A model generated the notes under the pieces. The model saw nothing but the letters and a program-made list of their open reading frames with translations. It did not search any database and had not been told where the DNA came from. The translations under genes and the position numbers were made by a program. A DNA stretch of 64,000 nucleotides from Antedon mediterranea (lineage: Eukaryota > Animalia > Echinodermata): contig NC_092679.1 of the NCBI RefSeq assembly GCF_964355755.1, positions 14,243,432 to 14,307,431 of the forward strand, in the 5' to 3' direction. This document shows positions 26,701 through 36,440 of this stretch, in pieces (position 1 is the first letter of the stretch; every line of letters begins with the position of its first letter).

Positions 26701-29700
26701 CAATATAAAACATGTGATTTAAGTGAATTTAAAAATATTTGAAAACTGTCTAAAATTAAAGAACTTTTAATCATTTCCGGTAATTCTTCCCACAACCTAG
26801 GGAATATATTAATAGCGGAATGATGAAGACAATTGGTTCGAGCATAGTGATGAATGAACTTAAGTGTATCAAGGTGACGGCCATTAACAACTAAAGATTG
26901 ACGAACACTACTACAATCAACCGTTCCAATAAGTGATTTACAAACAAAGGATAACAGAAGATAATTTCTTCGATTAGATAGTGTAGGCCAATTTAGCTTA
27001 GTGAGACGTTCCTCGTATTCCATTTCACCTCTTGTTTGTTTAAGGACAAGCCTAGTAGCCCTTCGCTGGACTGCCTCGATACGTTCTGTAAGTTTTTTGG
27101 TTTGAGGCAACCACGCTGGGACACCATATTCAAGGATGGGGACAATGAGAGCTTTATAGAGTGAGAAAATAGCTGAAGGGGATGATCCTCCTGCAATACT
27201 AGTAATAAAACCCAACATTCGATTTGAACGAGAAATAATTAAGTTTACATGGTCATCCCAAGTAAGTTCACTATTAATCGTGACCCCCAGATGACAATGA
27301 CTAGATACGGATTTAATAGGCAAGTCATTTATACGATAAACAGGTCTATACTCTTTCCTTGATCTTGTAATGTGGAGAACCTTGGTTTTATTTAAGTTAA
27401 GCTCCATTTCATTTAGATCACACCAAGAGGAAAGCCTGATCAGATCGCACTGAAGAACAACTTCATCGTCTACAGTAAATATATTTCTATAAATTATCGT
27501 GTCATCGGCAAACAATGCACATGGAGAAATAATAGATGAGGGAAGGTCATTTATAAATAAGTTAAAAATAAGGGGTCCAAGTACGCTGCCCTGTGGTATG
27601 CCAGAGGTAACTGGGGATGATGGGCTAATGGATCCTTGATACAAGACTCTTTGGGAACGTCCCAATAGAAATGACTTGATCCATTTCCAGACATTGCCTC
27701 TGATATTAAAGTGGCTAGCCAGCTTATTTAAAATAATATGGTGAGGCAGTTTATCAAACGCTTTGGCATAGTCGAGAAAGATAACATCAATTCTGGGGGC
27801 TTTAGTTTTATCTAGCGAAGATGCCCAGGAATGAGTTAGGTTGGTAAGTTGGGTAACACAGGAACGTGAGGGGAAAAACCGTGCTGGACATCAGTAATTG
27901 GACAATTATAAGCAACGTGATCAGATATACTTGAAAACAGTATTTTTTCAAGCAGTTTCGAACAAATAGGGGTAAGGGATATTGGTCTGTAATTACAAAT
28001 TGCATTTTTATCACCAGATTGGCATATTCAACAAAATGGCATATTCAACAAAATTTTGTTAAGAATTATTTTTTCAGGAGGACAATACATCTTTAAAGGT
28101 TATTTTATTTATATATTTATTTTTTTATTCAATAATATTTTACACAGAGGCGCCTCACAAGGTGGAACCATCTTAGCTTCAAGGCGCCTCAGATAACAAA
28201 TACAACATTTTAAAACAGCAAAAAACAAAAACATCAATCAAATCTTCCAGAATTAACAAGAAATCGAAATAAAACATTTTCACAAGTCGAAAGAAGATCG
28301 GATCCAAAAATAAAAAATTTCACTTAAAAATTTAAAATTATACATTAAAGAAAAATCATTGCTAAGATATCCTCAATAATTGAGTTTGCGCTTACAAGTA
28401 AAACATCTCTTTGTGTATTATAATTAGGGCAGTAACATAAGAAATGAAGCGGATTCTTATTTATTTTATTTAAAGAGAGTATGTTTTTAGGAAATATTGA
28501 AAGTTAAAAATAGGTAAAATTTAATTGATTATTATTAATATCATACGTAAAATCTTAATTTTAGTTGTAGAATTGTACCTGATTGATATAGAAGCCAATA
28601 ATATCTCCAGTCTCCACTGATATCCACTCAGAAGGATTCATATTGTACGAGTAAGCTTGGTTGATTGTAGGCGCAGGTGGTAATTGCGTTCGTCCTACTA
28701 ATTCATATTGAGAAGTTTCCGAATGTATCGGTCTCCAAACTAGGCCAAGCATCCTTATAGATTCTGTTGAATTCTTAGATGGAAACCACTTCCATGCCTT
28801 GATATATCCCGGACATGTGATTGGTGAACTCGCAAAAGCCGATGCAATCTCGAGCGTGTTGTCAAAAAAGTACCTCTTCTTTAATATGTCATTTTCGGCG
28901 GCATTACAACCAGCACACGTTTCTATGAAAAAAGAAATAATACTTGTTTGTATTCAAGTCAGCATGTGGGCCAAGCTGTCTGAAGTCTTACCACTCGCCC
29001 ATCGAGTAGGCCTCTGGCGGGGACACAATTGCCACTTGTAAACTTTACCATGCAAGGAACAGGCAGTAATAAGAGTTTTCTCTCTCATCTTTTAAGAGCA
29101 GTATTGAAACCATAAACATCAAGGATAGTGTCTGATATGGTTTACGTTTCACTCTGAGTGTAAAACATCTATTGTACATTTTTCTAAATTGCTTGGAAAC
29201 TTTCTACTTTGTTGCTCTAGCAATAGCTAGAGAAGATTATTATGGGCAACTAAGATATTGTATTTTACCCAGGTATACTTTGAGCCACTTTAACTTTGTT
29301 ATAATTGCGATGGCTCTCAATTAATGTTTTCTCAAATAGGCCTAGTCATTTTTTACCTTACTTTTATCTGCAGAAGCACGAGTGTTGTGAATTCTACAAT
29401 TTTACCAATTTAGGTACTACTGTTAACACAAAACATATATTATGGTGTTAATTAAGTTAATAAATAAGTTGCCATATATTGTTTGAAGGTTTGCATGGCA
29501 GAATCAATATGTAGATATAAAGTTTGCGGTAAGTTTTGATCAATATACTTCGATCGTCCTCTTAGGAGTGAGAATGCAGAAATTCCAGAACCTGAGAATA
29601 TAATTACTATAAGATAAGAACTATATCATGGTGTAAAACTTTATATCTACAAATAATTTGTGGTTTTTTTTAAAACAAAATCTATGTTTTCTCACAATGA

Positions 29701-29777
29701 ACCGAATTATCAAACTTACCGTTTACAAGTAGGAGAGATAATAGAAATAACCCTGTTCCATGGTTATCCATTGTCAT
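11715..29777 (-). CDS. Uncharacterised secreted multidomain protein: signal peptide, unnamed domain A, PAN/apple domain, unnamed domain B (last exon unresolved)
   Basis: Phase-consistent minus-strand exons: 29777-29720 (MTMDNHGTGLFLLSLLLVN), 28922-28579 (CPGYIKAW..VWRP..YELVG..GDIIGF), 26093-25949 (ILPYD..RSYSF), 14769-14498 (PAN: SCVKSCQMDLRCMSVTY..CLLN), 14191-14110, 13823-13654 (WNLIFKAAAG), 12248-12082 (FDG..WFS..SPWTDL), 11884-11715 (RRFFI..FGGCRNDVGW..CEWE..FVYS). It could be two genes if the 26093 exon reads on to the stop at 25929. Confidence 0.6.
15895..20873 (+). mobile_element. L2/CR1-group LINE inserted antisense in the host LINE
   Basis: TSD GCATTA (15889-15894, 20874-20879). 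APE ORF 16185-16928 (TETH, GGGV, YHPP, GDFN). RT 18557-20669 (PQGSWIGP, FMDD). TTTATCAG-like repeat tail. Interrupted by a Helitron. Confidence 0.88.
16993..18556 (-). mobile_element. Non-autonomous Helitron, copy 2, inside the LINE endonuclease region
   Basis: On the minus strand it has a 5' TC and a 3' hairpin plus CTAG, at an A/T site with no TSD. Removing it restores the LINE peptide PTRKEAILDLFY|TSLGEFY. Contains a roughly 275-bp internal tandem duplication (about 17565-18095). Confidence 0.88.
21782..23887. mobile_element. Non-autonomous TIR DNA transposon with 5-bp TSD
   Basis: TIR CAGGCCCGTAT/ATACGGGCCTG, TSD TATTT (21777-21781, 23888-23892). Removing it restores the RT peptide DIVYKY-FVDNK. 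Another element end begins at 22003. Confidence 0.85.
22893..23543. repeat. Tandem duplication of a roughly 329-bp unit inside the DNA transposon
   Basis: GTAACCGTCGGTAAACTTCGCCTGGAAAATAA begins units at 22893 and 23222. Confidence 0.85.
26182..28092. mobile_element. TTAA-target MITE (Kolobok-like) split by a LINE
   Basis: TTAA|AGATGTATTGT ... ACAATACATCT|TTAA. Family copies at 39825-40121 and 47402-47704, and a degenerate copy at about 60700-61690. Confidence 0.65.
26458..28015 (-). mobile_element. 5'-truncated CR1-group LINE (RT)
   Basis: ORF 26700-27665 with GIPQGSVLGP and FADD, upstream FLDYAKAFDK, and a TAA-repeat tail at about 26458-26477. Confidence 0.85.
28105..28460 (-). mobile_element. 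3' fragment of the same LINE family as 15089-15894
   Basis: Matches about 15110-15430, including the GAGGCGCC...GGCGCCTC 3' stem-loop. Confidence 0.8.
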
Positions 29778-30365
29778 TGATAAACAGATGAATTAGCAGT
29801 TTATGCAATGAAGACGATAGATATTTTTCTCGTCGACGACTACGTACGAGTTTTAAGAATAAGCATTCTCACAAGCATAGTGTATGTATAGCCATTGATT
29901 GGTTGATTTCGCGTCACGTGCCGTCCGTTATTCGCATTTCAAGACGAATCAAGTTTATACAACTTAAAACAATCAAGAAATTCACATAGATACATTCAGA
30001 TTAAGAATAAAGTCAATTCTGATAAATGGTTGATACTATTATTCCTGAAAATAGTTTTCCATTTAGGCCTTATTTGCATATAGACCTACAGATAGTGCAA
30101 TAATGTGTTTAGTTTTGCGCTAAACCATGAACGAGCATGTTTCCTTTGGTCCACGGTTCGAATCCCATCGCCGCTCTCCGTGTGTTTCAACTTGCTGGTT
30201 GGAATACATTTATATAGCTCTTTGTCTGGATGAGAGCTACGTTAGTAAAATAATAATTACGTTTCCGGACTATTTCTCAGTTGACAGAAAAAAAAGAATA
30301 AACTTTTTTACATGAACATTTTGATTTCTTTCTTGATACTTTTTATTCAAAGGGAAGAGTTTATT

Positions 30366-30468
30366 TCTAGTCGCGTGCAACGCGACTTTACAGCTCACTA
30401 TGTCGGTCGGTTGGTCGGTAAACACTAACTTGAGCACGCGACTGCAGCCATTTACATGGCCTTGTTTT
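30366..30468 (+). mobile_element. Short DINE-1/HINE-like element
   Basis: TAGTCGCGT...CACTATGTCGGTCGG...CACGCGACT...GGCCTTGTTT, the same layout as 60763-61540. Confidence 0.6.
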
Positions 30469-30818
30469 GTGTTAATATGGTAACATGTATATAAATATAC
30501 AGAATTGTGACAAGAAGTGATAAAAATACAGTAAAAAATGTAGATCATGGAAGTCAATGAATTCTACTACAAATTGTGTTATAATACGAATGTGTGTTAT
30601 GCATGTGTGGCGGGGAAAAATATTTGAAGAAAAAAATCAATGCCCGGGGCGTTTATTTGAGGGTATTTATTTCAGTAGTAGGCCTAACTCTGTTTTTAAG
30701 CTACAATATACGGTAACTGTAACATTGAGTTCTTTAAATGTAGAAAGTAAATAACAGGCATGTGATATTATGTTTTTATAATGTAGTAACTGCTGTAGAA
30801 TAATGACATGATCACTTA

Positions 30819-31225
30819 AGCTTGGTTCCCACTAGAACGTAACGCAAGGACGTAAACGCAACGCAAGCGTTTTAACCAATGACAAGCGAAGTTATAGACA
30901 GTTAAGCGTGGTTCCCACTAGCGACGCAACGCAAGGACGTAACGCAACGCAAGTGAATTGACCAATGACAAGCGAAGTTATAAACAGTTAGCAATCACAA
31001 GTGAATAAGCCATCGCTTGTGATTGGTCAATTCACTTGCGTTGTGTTACGTCCTTGCGTCGCTTGTCATTGGTTAAAACGCTTGCGTTGCGTTTACGTCC
31101 TTGCGTTACGTTCTTGTGGGAACCAAGCTTTAGCAATCACAAGCGAAAAAGCCATCGCTTGTGATTGGTCAATTTACTGGCGTTGCGTTACGTCCTTGTG
31201 TTGCGTCGCTAGTGGGAACCACGCT
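30819..31225. mobile_element. PIF/Harbinger-type MITE with a family copy (30905-31129) nested inside
   Basis: TIR AGC(T/G)TGGTTCCCAC. TTA TSDs at 30816/31226 (outer) and 30902/31130 (inner). Related copy at about 40983-41135. Confidence 0.75.
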
Positions 31226-32514
31226 TTATGAATAATTATTAGTTGTAAACATGGGCCTGTCGTGTCTGTTCCCAAGACAACATATACCCATTTCGATTTG
31301 GCGATAAGAGCGTGTAGTGTACAAGTAATTAAGCACCTATAATCGATTACAATAAAGGTGTGGGTGGGTGCGTACGTGTGCGTGTTTTTATTGAGATACA
31401 AATTATTGTCAACATTTTTCGCGATTGTGGGAAGAAATTCATCATGAAGTTAAAGACTGTTAGATTCTTCCCAACATTCGTTTAAACTCAAATGAATTTC
31501 GTAGAGTAAAGTGTTGTGCTCTCATATGCTGCAAGTTTATTCATTCCATCAGTTAGATTAACTTTGTATATTGTACTATTTTATTTTGCTCCATTCTGTA
31601 TCCACTATCTAGTACAGGAAAGATATTCTCAGAATCAGTAAAAGGTTGAAAAAATTGCAACAGAATTTTTTTCACCACAATGGATTTCTGTAAGGTCCCT
31701 ATATGAACATACTAAAAGTCTAGAAAAATCTAGGTAGGGGAAATAGGTTTTTTTTAACAAAATGGCCGCCAATGGCGAAAAATGTCTAAAAATGAACAAA
31801 AAACATATATTGTATATCTATTACCACTTGATAGCAGTTTTTATAATGCTTTTTATATTTCTTTAGTGTCAAACATTTGAACTGCAATATACATATTAAT
31901 TTAAGTGCTATTTAGCAGCAAAAACACACATTTAAGTATCAAGATATCACCACGGTTATAATAATAGACACCGTAGTCCTGCATTATAATGCAGGACTAC
32001 GGTGTCTAATAAAACAGTTCATTTACATTTGTACTGTCACAACAATAGAATTATACAATCTTACAATCTATTAATCCATTCATTTTCATTGTCCAGTTAT
32101 CATCCTCTGTCTATAGGTAGGAATTAAGCATGTGCTGATGCCGTGGTATTGGTGGTAAATTTGTCATCAATGGACACATCACGCCATTTGTAACTTTCCA
32201 TCCCCCAGTCTGTGGGTTGAAGAGTATTTTCTATCCACTGCTGTACCATGGTAATATACACGCAGAGAAAGACATTTTGCAGCATTTGTTGTTGGGGGAA
32301 TAGACTTTATTTCAAGTGCTGTTTTGATTTTTGCTACTTTCTCCCAGAATATATTCCTCCATACAGTATATAGCTACCAATGCCAATTCCTCTGATGCGA
32401 TGGTTTTTTTGTTTTGTTTTGGAGATGTTTGGTTTTACAGAGTTTGTAAGCATACTACTGCCCAGGTGTTATGACTTTTTAAGACTAACACCTTTTCCTA
32501 TACCAAATAGATGG

Positions 32515-33020
32515 GTTGTAGTATCACGACTAAATCTACCAACATTGGCCTTTAGAAGATTACGAGGAGATATGATTCAAGTTTTTAGAATGGTGACAGG
32601 CCTAAGTGGTAGTGGAATGCGTAACTTCTTCCCTATGAAAACATACGAGAGAAACATAAGAAGACATAGATACACCATATATAAGCGACGACCTAAACTG
32701 GATATCCGCAAGTACAATTTTTCTTACAGAATTGTTAACCTATGGAATAGTCTACCAGAGGAAGCCGTTAACACCACCACAGTAAACGCCTTTAAAAATA
32801 AACTTGATAAATTCATTGAAAGAAAATACAACAAATTTACTTTTATGGGATAAAATGTATTGCAGAAGAATTTAAATCAAGGAAACGAATGAAAACAAAA
32901 AAACAAAACAAAAACCATGCAGTGATGACTTGATGAAATTGGGAGGGCAAGACATGTACCATACAGAAATGTATGGTCTACTTACGAGCCCGACAAGACA
33001 GGTGATTACAGGTGATTACA
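32515..33020 (+). mobile_element. LINE 3' fragment (CR1-group)
   Basis: LNLPTLAFRRLRGDMI..RKYNFSYRIVNLWNSLP..FKNKLD followed by an ACAGGTGATT repeat tail. Confidence 0.8.
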
Positions 33021-34438
33021 TCCCTGGATTTCATGTATAGGCCTAAAAAGCAAATTAATTTTTACAGAGCTTCACACCAAGGAAAGACTTTACATGCATT
33101 CACAGTGCTCCCCCATCGAGAACATACGGTAATAAATCAATGAATGAAGCAACCGTTACAGAATATTAATTTAAGACGAAAGAACATATTATTATACACA
33201 TGGGTCAAAATCAGCCATATTCATCAATAGAGAAGCAGTGCACATTCCCTTACATATATACTATTTCATCATTGATGTGATACAGTCATACACAATGCAT
33301 CATTAATTGTTGAAAAAGAACCTTGTACTTTTCCTGCAGCCCTCTTTTACTCCATTGACTCCATACACACTGCTGCTGCTAGACTACTCAGAAACCTTCA
33401 TCTCACTGCCCACTGTATGTTATCATACACTGCTACATCAAACCTCTTGGCCCGAAACAGCAACATTTCAAGACATTTATTATGTACCATGCATGTTTGT
33501 TACGTTATGTGAAGGCAAAGTAAACTCTTGTGTTTAATGGCTATAATTATGGGCCGTAGGTAAATTTGGTTTAGGAAAAGGTGTTTTGGTCTTAAAAATC
33601 ATCACATCACAGTTAGAGTTGTATGTCAAATTCTGTAAACCAAACAGTTTCCAAAAAAAAGAAGAAAACATTGCATCAGGAATTTGGCATTGGTAGCTAT
33701 ATATGGAGGGAAGTCAATGGAGAATTTAGACAGCCTACTTTTCTTTGAGAAAGTTGCAAAAAGCAAATCTATTCCCTTGCTGCAAAAAACTGTACCAGGT
33801 ATAGTAGTGGATAGGAAATATTCTTCAACCCACAGACTATCACGAGGGATGGAAAGTATTGATGCCAAATTTACTACCAGCACCAGAGAAACTATTAAAG
33901 TTGATTAGATGTAGGCCTACCTGAAAGGTTGTAGTAAAATGAATTGCAGTTGCAGAAAATATGGTTTGGACTGCTGTTCCACTATTTTTTAAGAATGTTA
34001 CGGCACAGCACATGCTCAATTCCCCACCAATAGATGGAGGATGAGATACTGACAAGATGAAAGTGAAATTACCGCATTTATTTGAATAAATGCCCTTGGT
34101 GGTTGATTTTTAAGGAGGGCAGTGGGGGCGTGTAATCGTCGTGAGGAGTTTATTCGGAGAGGCGTTTATTTTTGTGGGTGTGTAAGGTGAACAAATACAA
34201 CACCATCATGCCATTCAGTGAATTCTATTACAAATAGAAATGTGTTAAAATACAATATTGTGTATAATATGCATGTGGCGGGGCGTACATTCGTGGAAAT
34301 AAATTCAAAATGATGTCCGATGGGGGCCGGGGAGGGGGTGCTCTGGTGTAGGTTATTCAAAACGATGTCCTATGGGGCTTTATTCGAATTTTCTGAATGT
34401 AGCGTTTATCCGAATAAATACAGTAATAGATTGTAGTC

Positions 34439-34775
34439 CAGTGATGGCGCAAGGATTTTCCCGATGAGGGGTGGGGGGGGGGGATGGGGAGAGAGCGTAG
34501 CTAGCATCAATTGGCTGGGCCATCAATGGAAGCGCACCCAGATGTTCAGACAATATTATACCAGTAAAGGGTAGTTTTAGTCACTTTTAAAAATGTAAAT
34601 CCTTGAAACAGTACTCAATGGGGTATTGTTTTATATTAGGAAATATCATCATATTGTCTACATATACTCCCGAAAATAGCCAATTGGGGAGAGGGGATGG
34701 GGGGTCGGACAGACTCCCTCACCCTTCCCATATGATCTCCCATCCCTATACCCCTCCCCACTGGCACCACCAATG
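34439..34775. mobile_element. Degenerate hAT-like MITE
   Basis: Imperfect TIR CAGTGATGGCGCAAG / CTGGCACCACCAATG. Flanks TTGTAGTC / TTGTAATA resemble an 8-bp TSD. Related to the end starting at 22003. Confidence 0.45.
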
Positions 34776-35504
34776 TTGTAATATATTGTTATAACAGTAC
34801 AAATGTAAATGAACTGATTTATTATTAGACACCGTAATCCTATGTATTAAGCATAGGAAGGACTGCGTTTTATATATATAACAATAGGAATATCTAGATA
34901 CTTAAACATTTGTTTTGCGGCCATTTTCTAATTAACAGCACTTAAAATAATGTGTTTTGTAGTTCAGATCTTCGAAACTGTAAAGAAATATAAAAATCAT
35001 TGTAAAAACCGCTATAAAGTGGTAATTAGATCTACTGTTTTTTTGTCCTTTTCTAGGCATTTTCGCCATTGGCGGACATTTTGTTTAAAAAAACCTATTT
35101 CCCCTACCTGGATTTTTCTAGACTGTTAATATGTTCATATAGGGACCTTATATAAATGCGTTGTGGTGAAATAAATTCTTTTGCAATTTTTTCAACCATA
35201 TTTCATAGTTTTCCTGTACTACTCACAATGTTTCATTTTTGAGTGCTTGATTAGACCGCGTACGTGATCGACCAATGAAAAGCAGGCTCTGTGCGCGTAA
35301 CCGGTGGTCGCATTAACAACATGATGACAGCAAAAAAGGAGAGAATTGAAAGGAGTCGAAAAAAGAAAGACCTTTTTCAAATTGTTTTATTTTAAAGAAA
35401 AAACTAATAATTAATAGATAATATAAAGTACTGTACGTGTGTTTGCAGCAAATTATAATAATGGTATTTATGTTTTTTTACTACATTATTTATATTTTGA
35501 TATA

Positions 35505-35930
35505 TATAGGCCTAAACTGATAAAATGAGCACAAAATAAAGTTGGTCTTGCTGGCATTGTTGGTAGGCCTACTAGGCTAGGCCTAGTAGGCCTAGGCCCT
35601 AGGTAGCCTAGGCCTAGCCTAGTGGTTGGTGTAACGTGTAGCCTAAACTAATCATAGACCGAGGAGGTCTAGCCAGCTAGGCTATAAATAATTAAATTAT
35701 AATTTAGGCTAGGCCTATCTAGGCCTAGAGCCTATCTAGTAGAGGGCCGGCCCTACTAGAGAGTAGCTAGGCGAGGCCTCTAGCCTAGCTAGAGAGAGTG
35801 AAAAAGTTAGCGAGAGATTAAAATTAAGACTTATTATTAATATTATTACTTATTAGAGTAAGTTCTAGGCCTAGTAGTAGTAGCTAGGCATAAATACTGA
35901 CTTGACTTTAAATATATAGGGCTAGGCCGA
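35505..35930. repeat. Low-complexity TAGGCCTA/CTAG-rich tract upstream of ADCY10 coding exon 1
   Basis: Dense overlapping TAGGCCTA, TAGGCTA and CTAG words. Confidence 0.75.
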
Positions 35931-36440
35931 TTGCCCCACCCCCTCTTCTACTGTACTAATTTCGGTATTTTAGTAGGCCTATGTATTGTAAGTATACCGT
36001 ATTGTGTATGTACAAAAAACGTTTTAATCAATCATAAAACGTTTCCACAAACGGTTGACTTGCCTTGTTTTCGTATTATACTATTAATTATATTAAATAG
36101 GCATTGTATTATTATATATACCATGGATTATGTATGTACAAAAAACGCTTTAATCATAAAAAGTTTCTACAAACTGTTGACTTGCCTTGTTTTCGTATTA
36201 CTATTAATTATATTAAATAGGCCTTGTGTTATATTATATTCATATTATTAAATATTATTATTAATTAGCGAATGTGTCATTACACGGCATTTGTTATTAA
36301 TATTATTATGGCGATGTAATCTACAGTAGTAATATAGCAAGTTTGATTTACTTTTACAATCTTAATTTATATTTTTTATCATTTTTAAAATTAATTTAGG
36401 TCTGATTTACAGTTTAAAATTCTGGACATCAAACGTTAAT

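Larger units (their letters stand above)
31610..35221. mobile_element. Academ-type DNA transposon derivative with long TIRs
   Basis: TAGTACAGGAAA...TTTCCTGTACTA termini with over 300 bp of inverted arms. Degenerate transposase C-terminal motifs (IPPTTNAA..RVY..QQW..P.DWGW; CSCRKYGLDC). Confidence 0.7.

Noticed and set aside
30115-30175. tRNA-like GGTTCGAATCCC (similar motif at about 12435 on the minus strand)
   Set aside because: Isolated B-box with no cloverleaf; more likely a SINE remnant.
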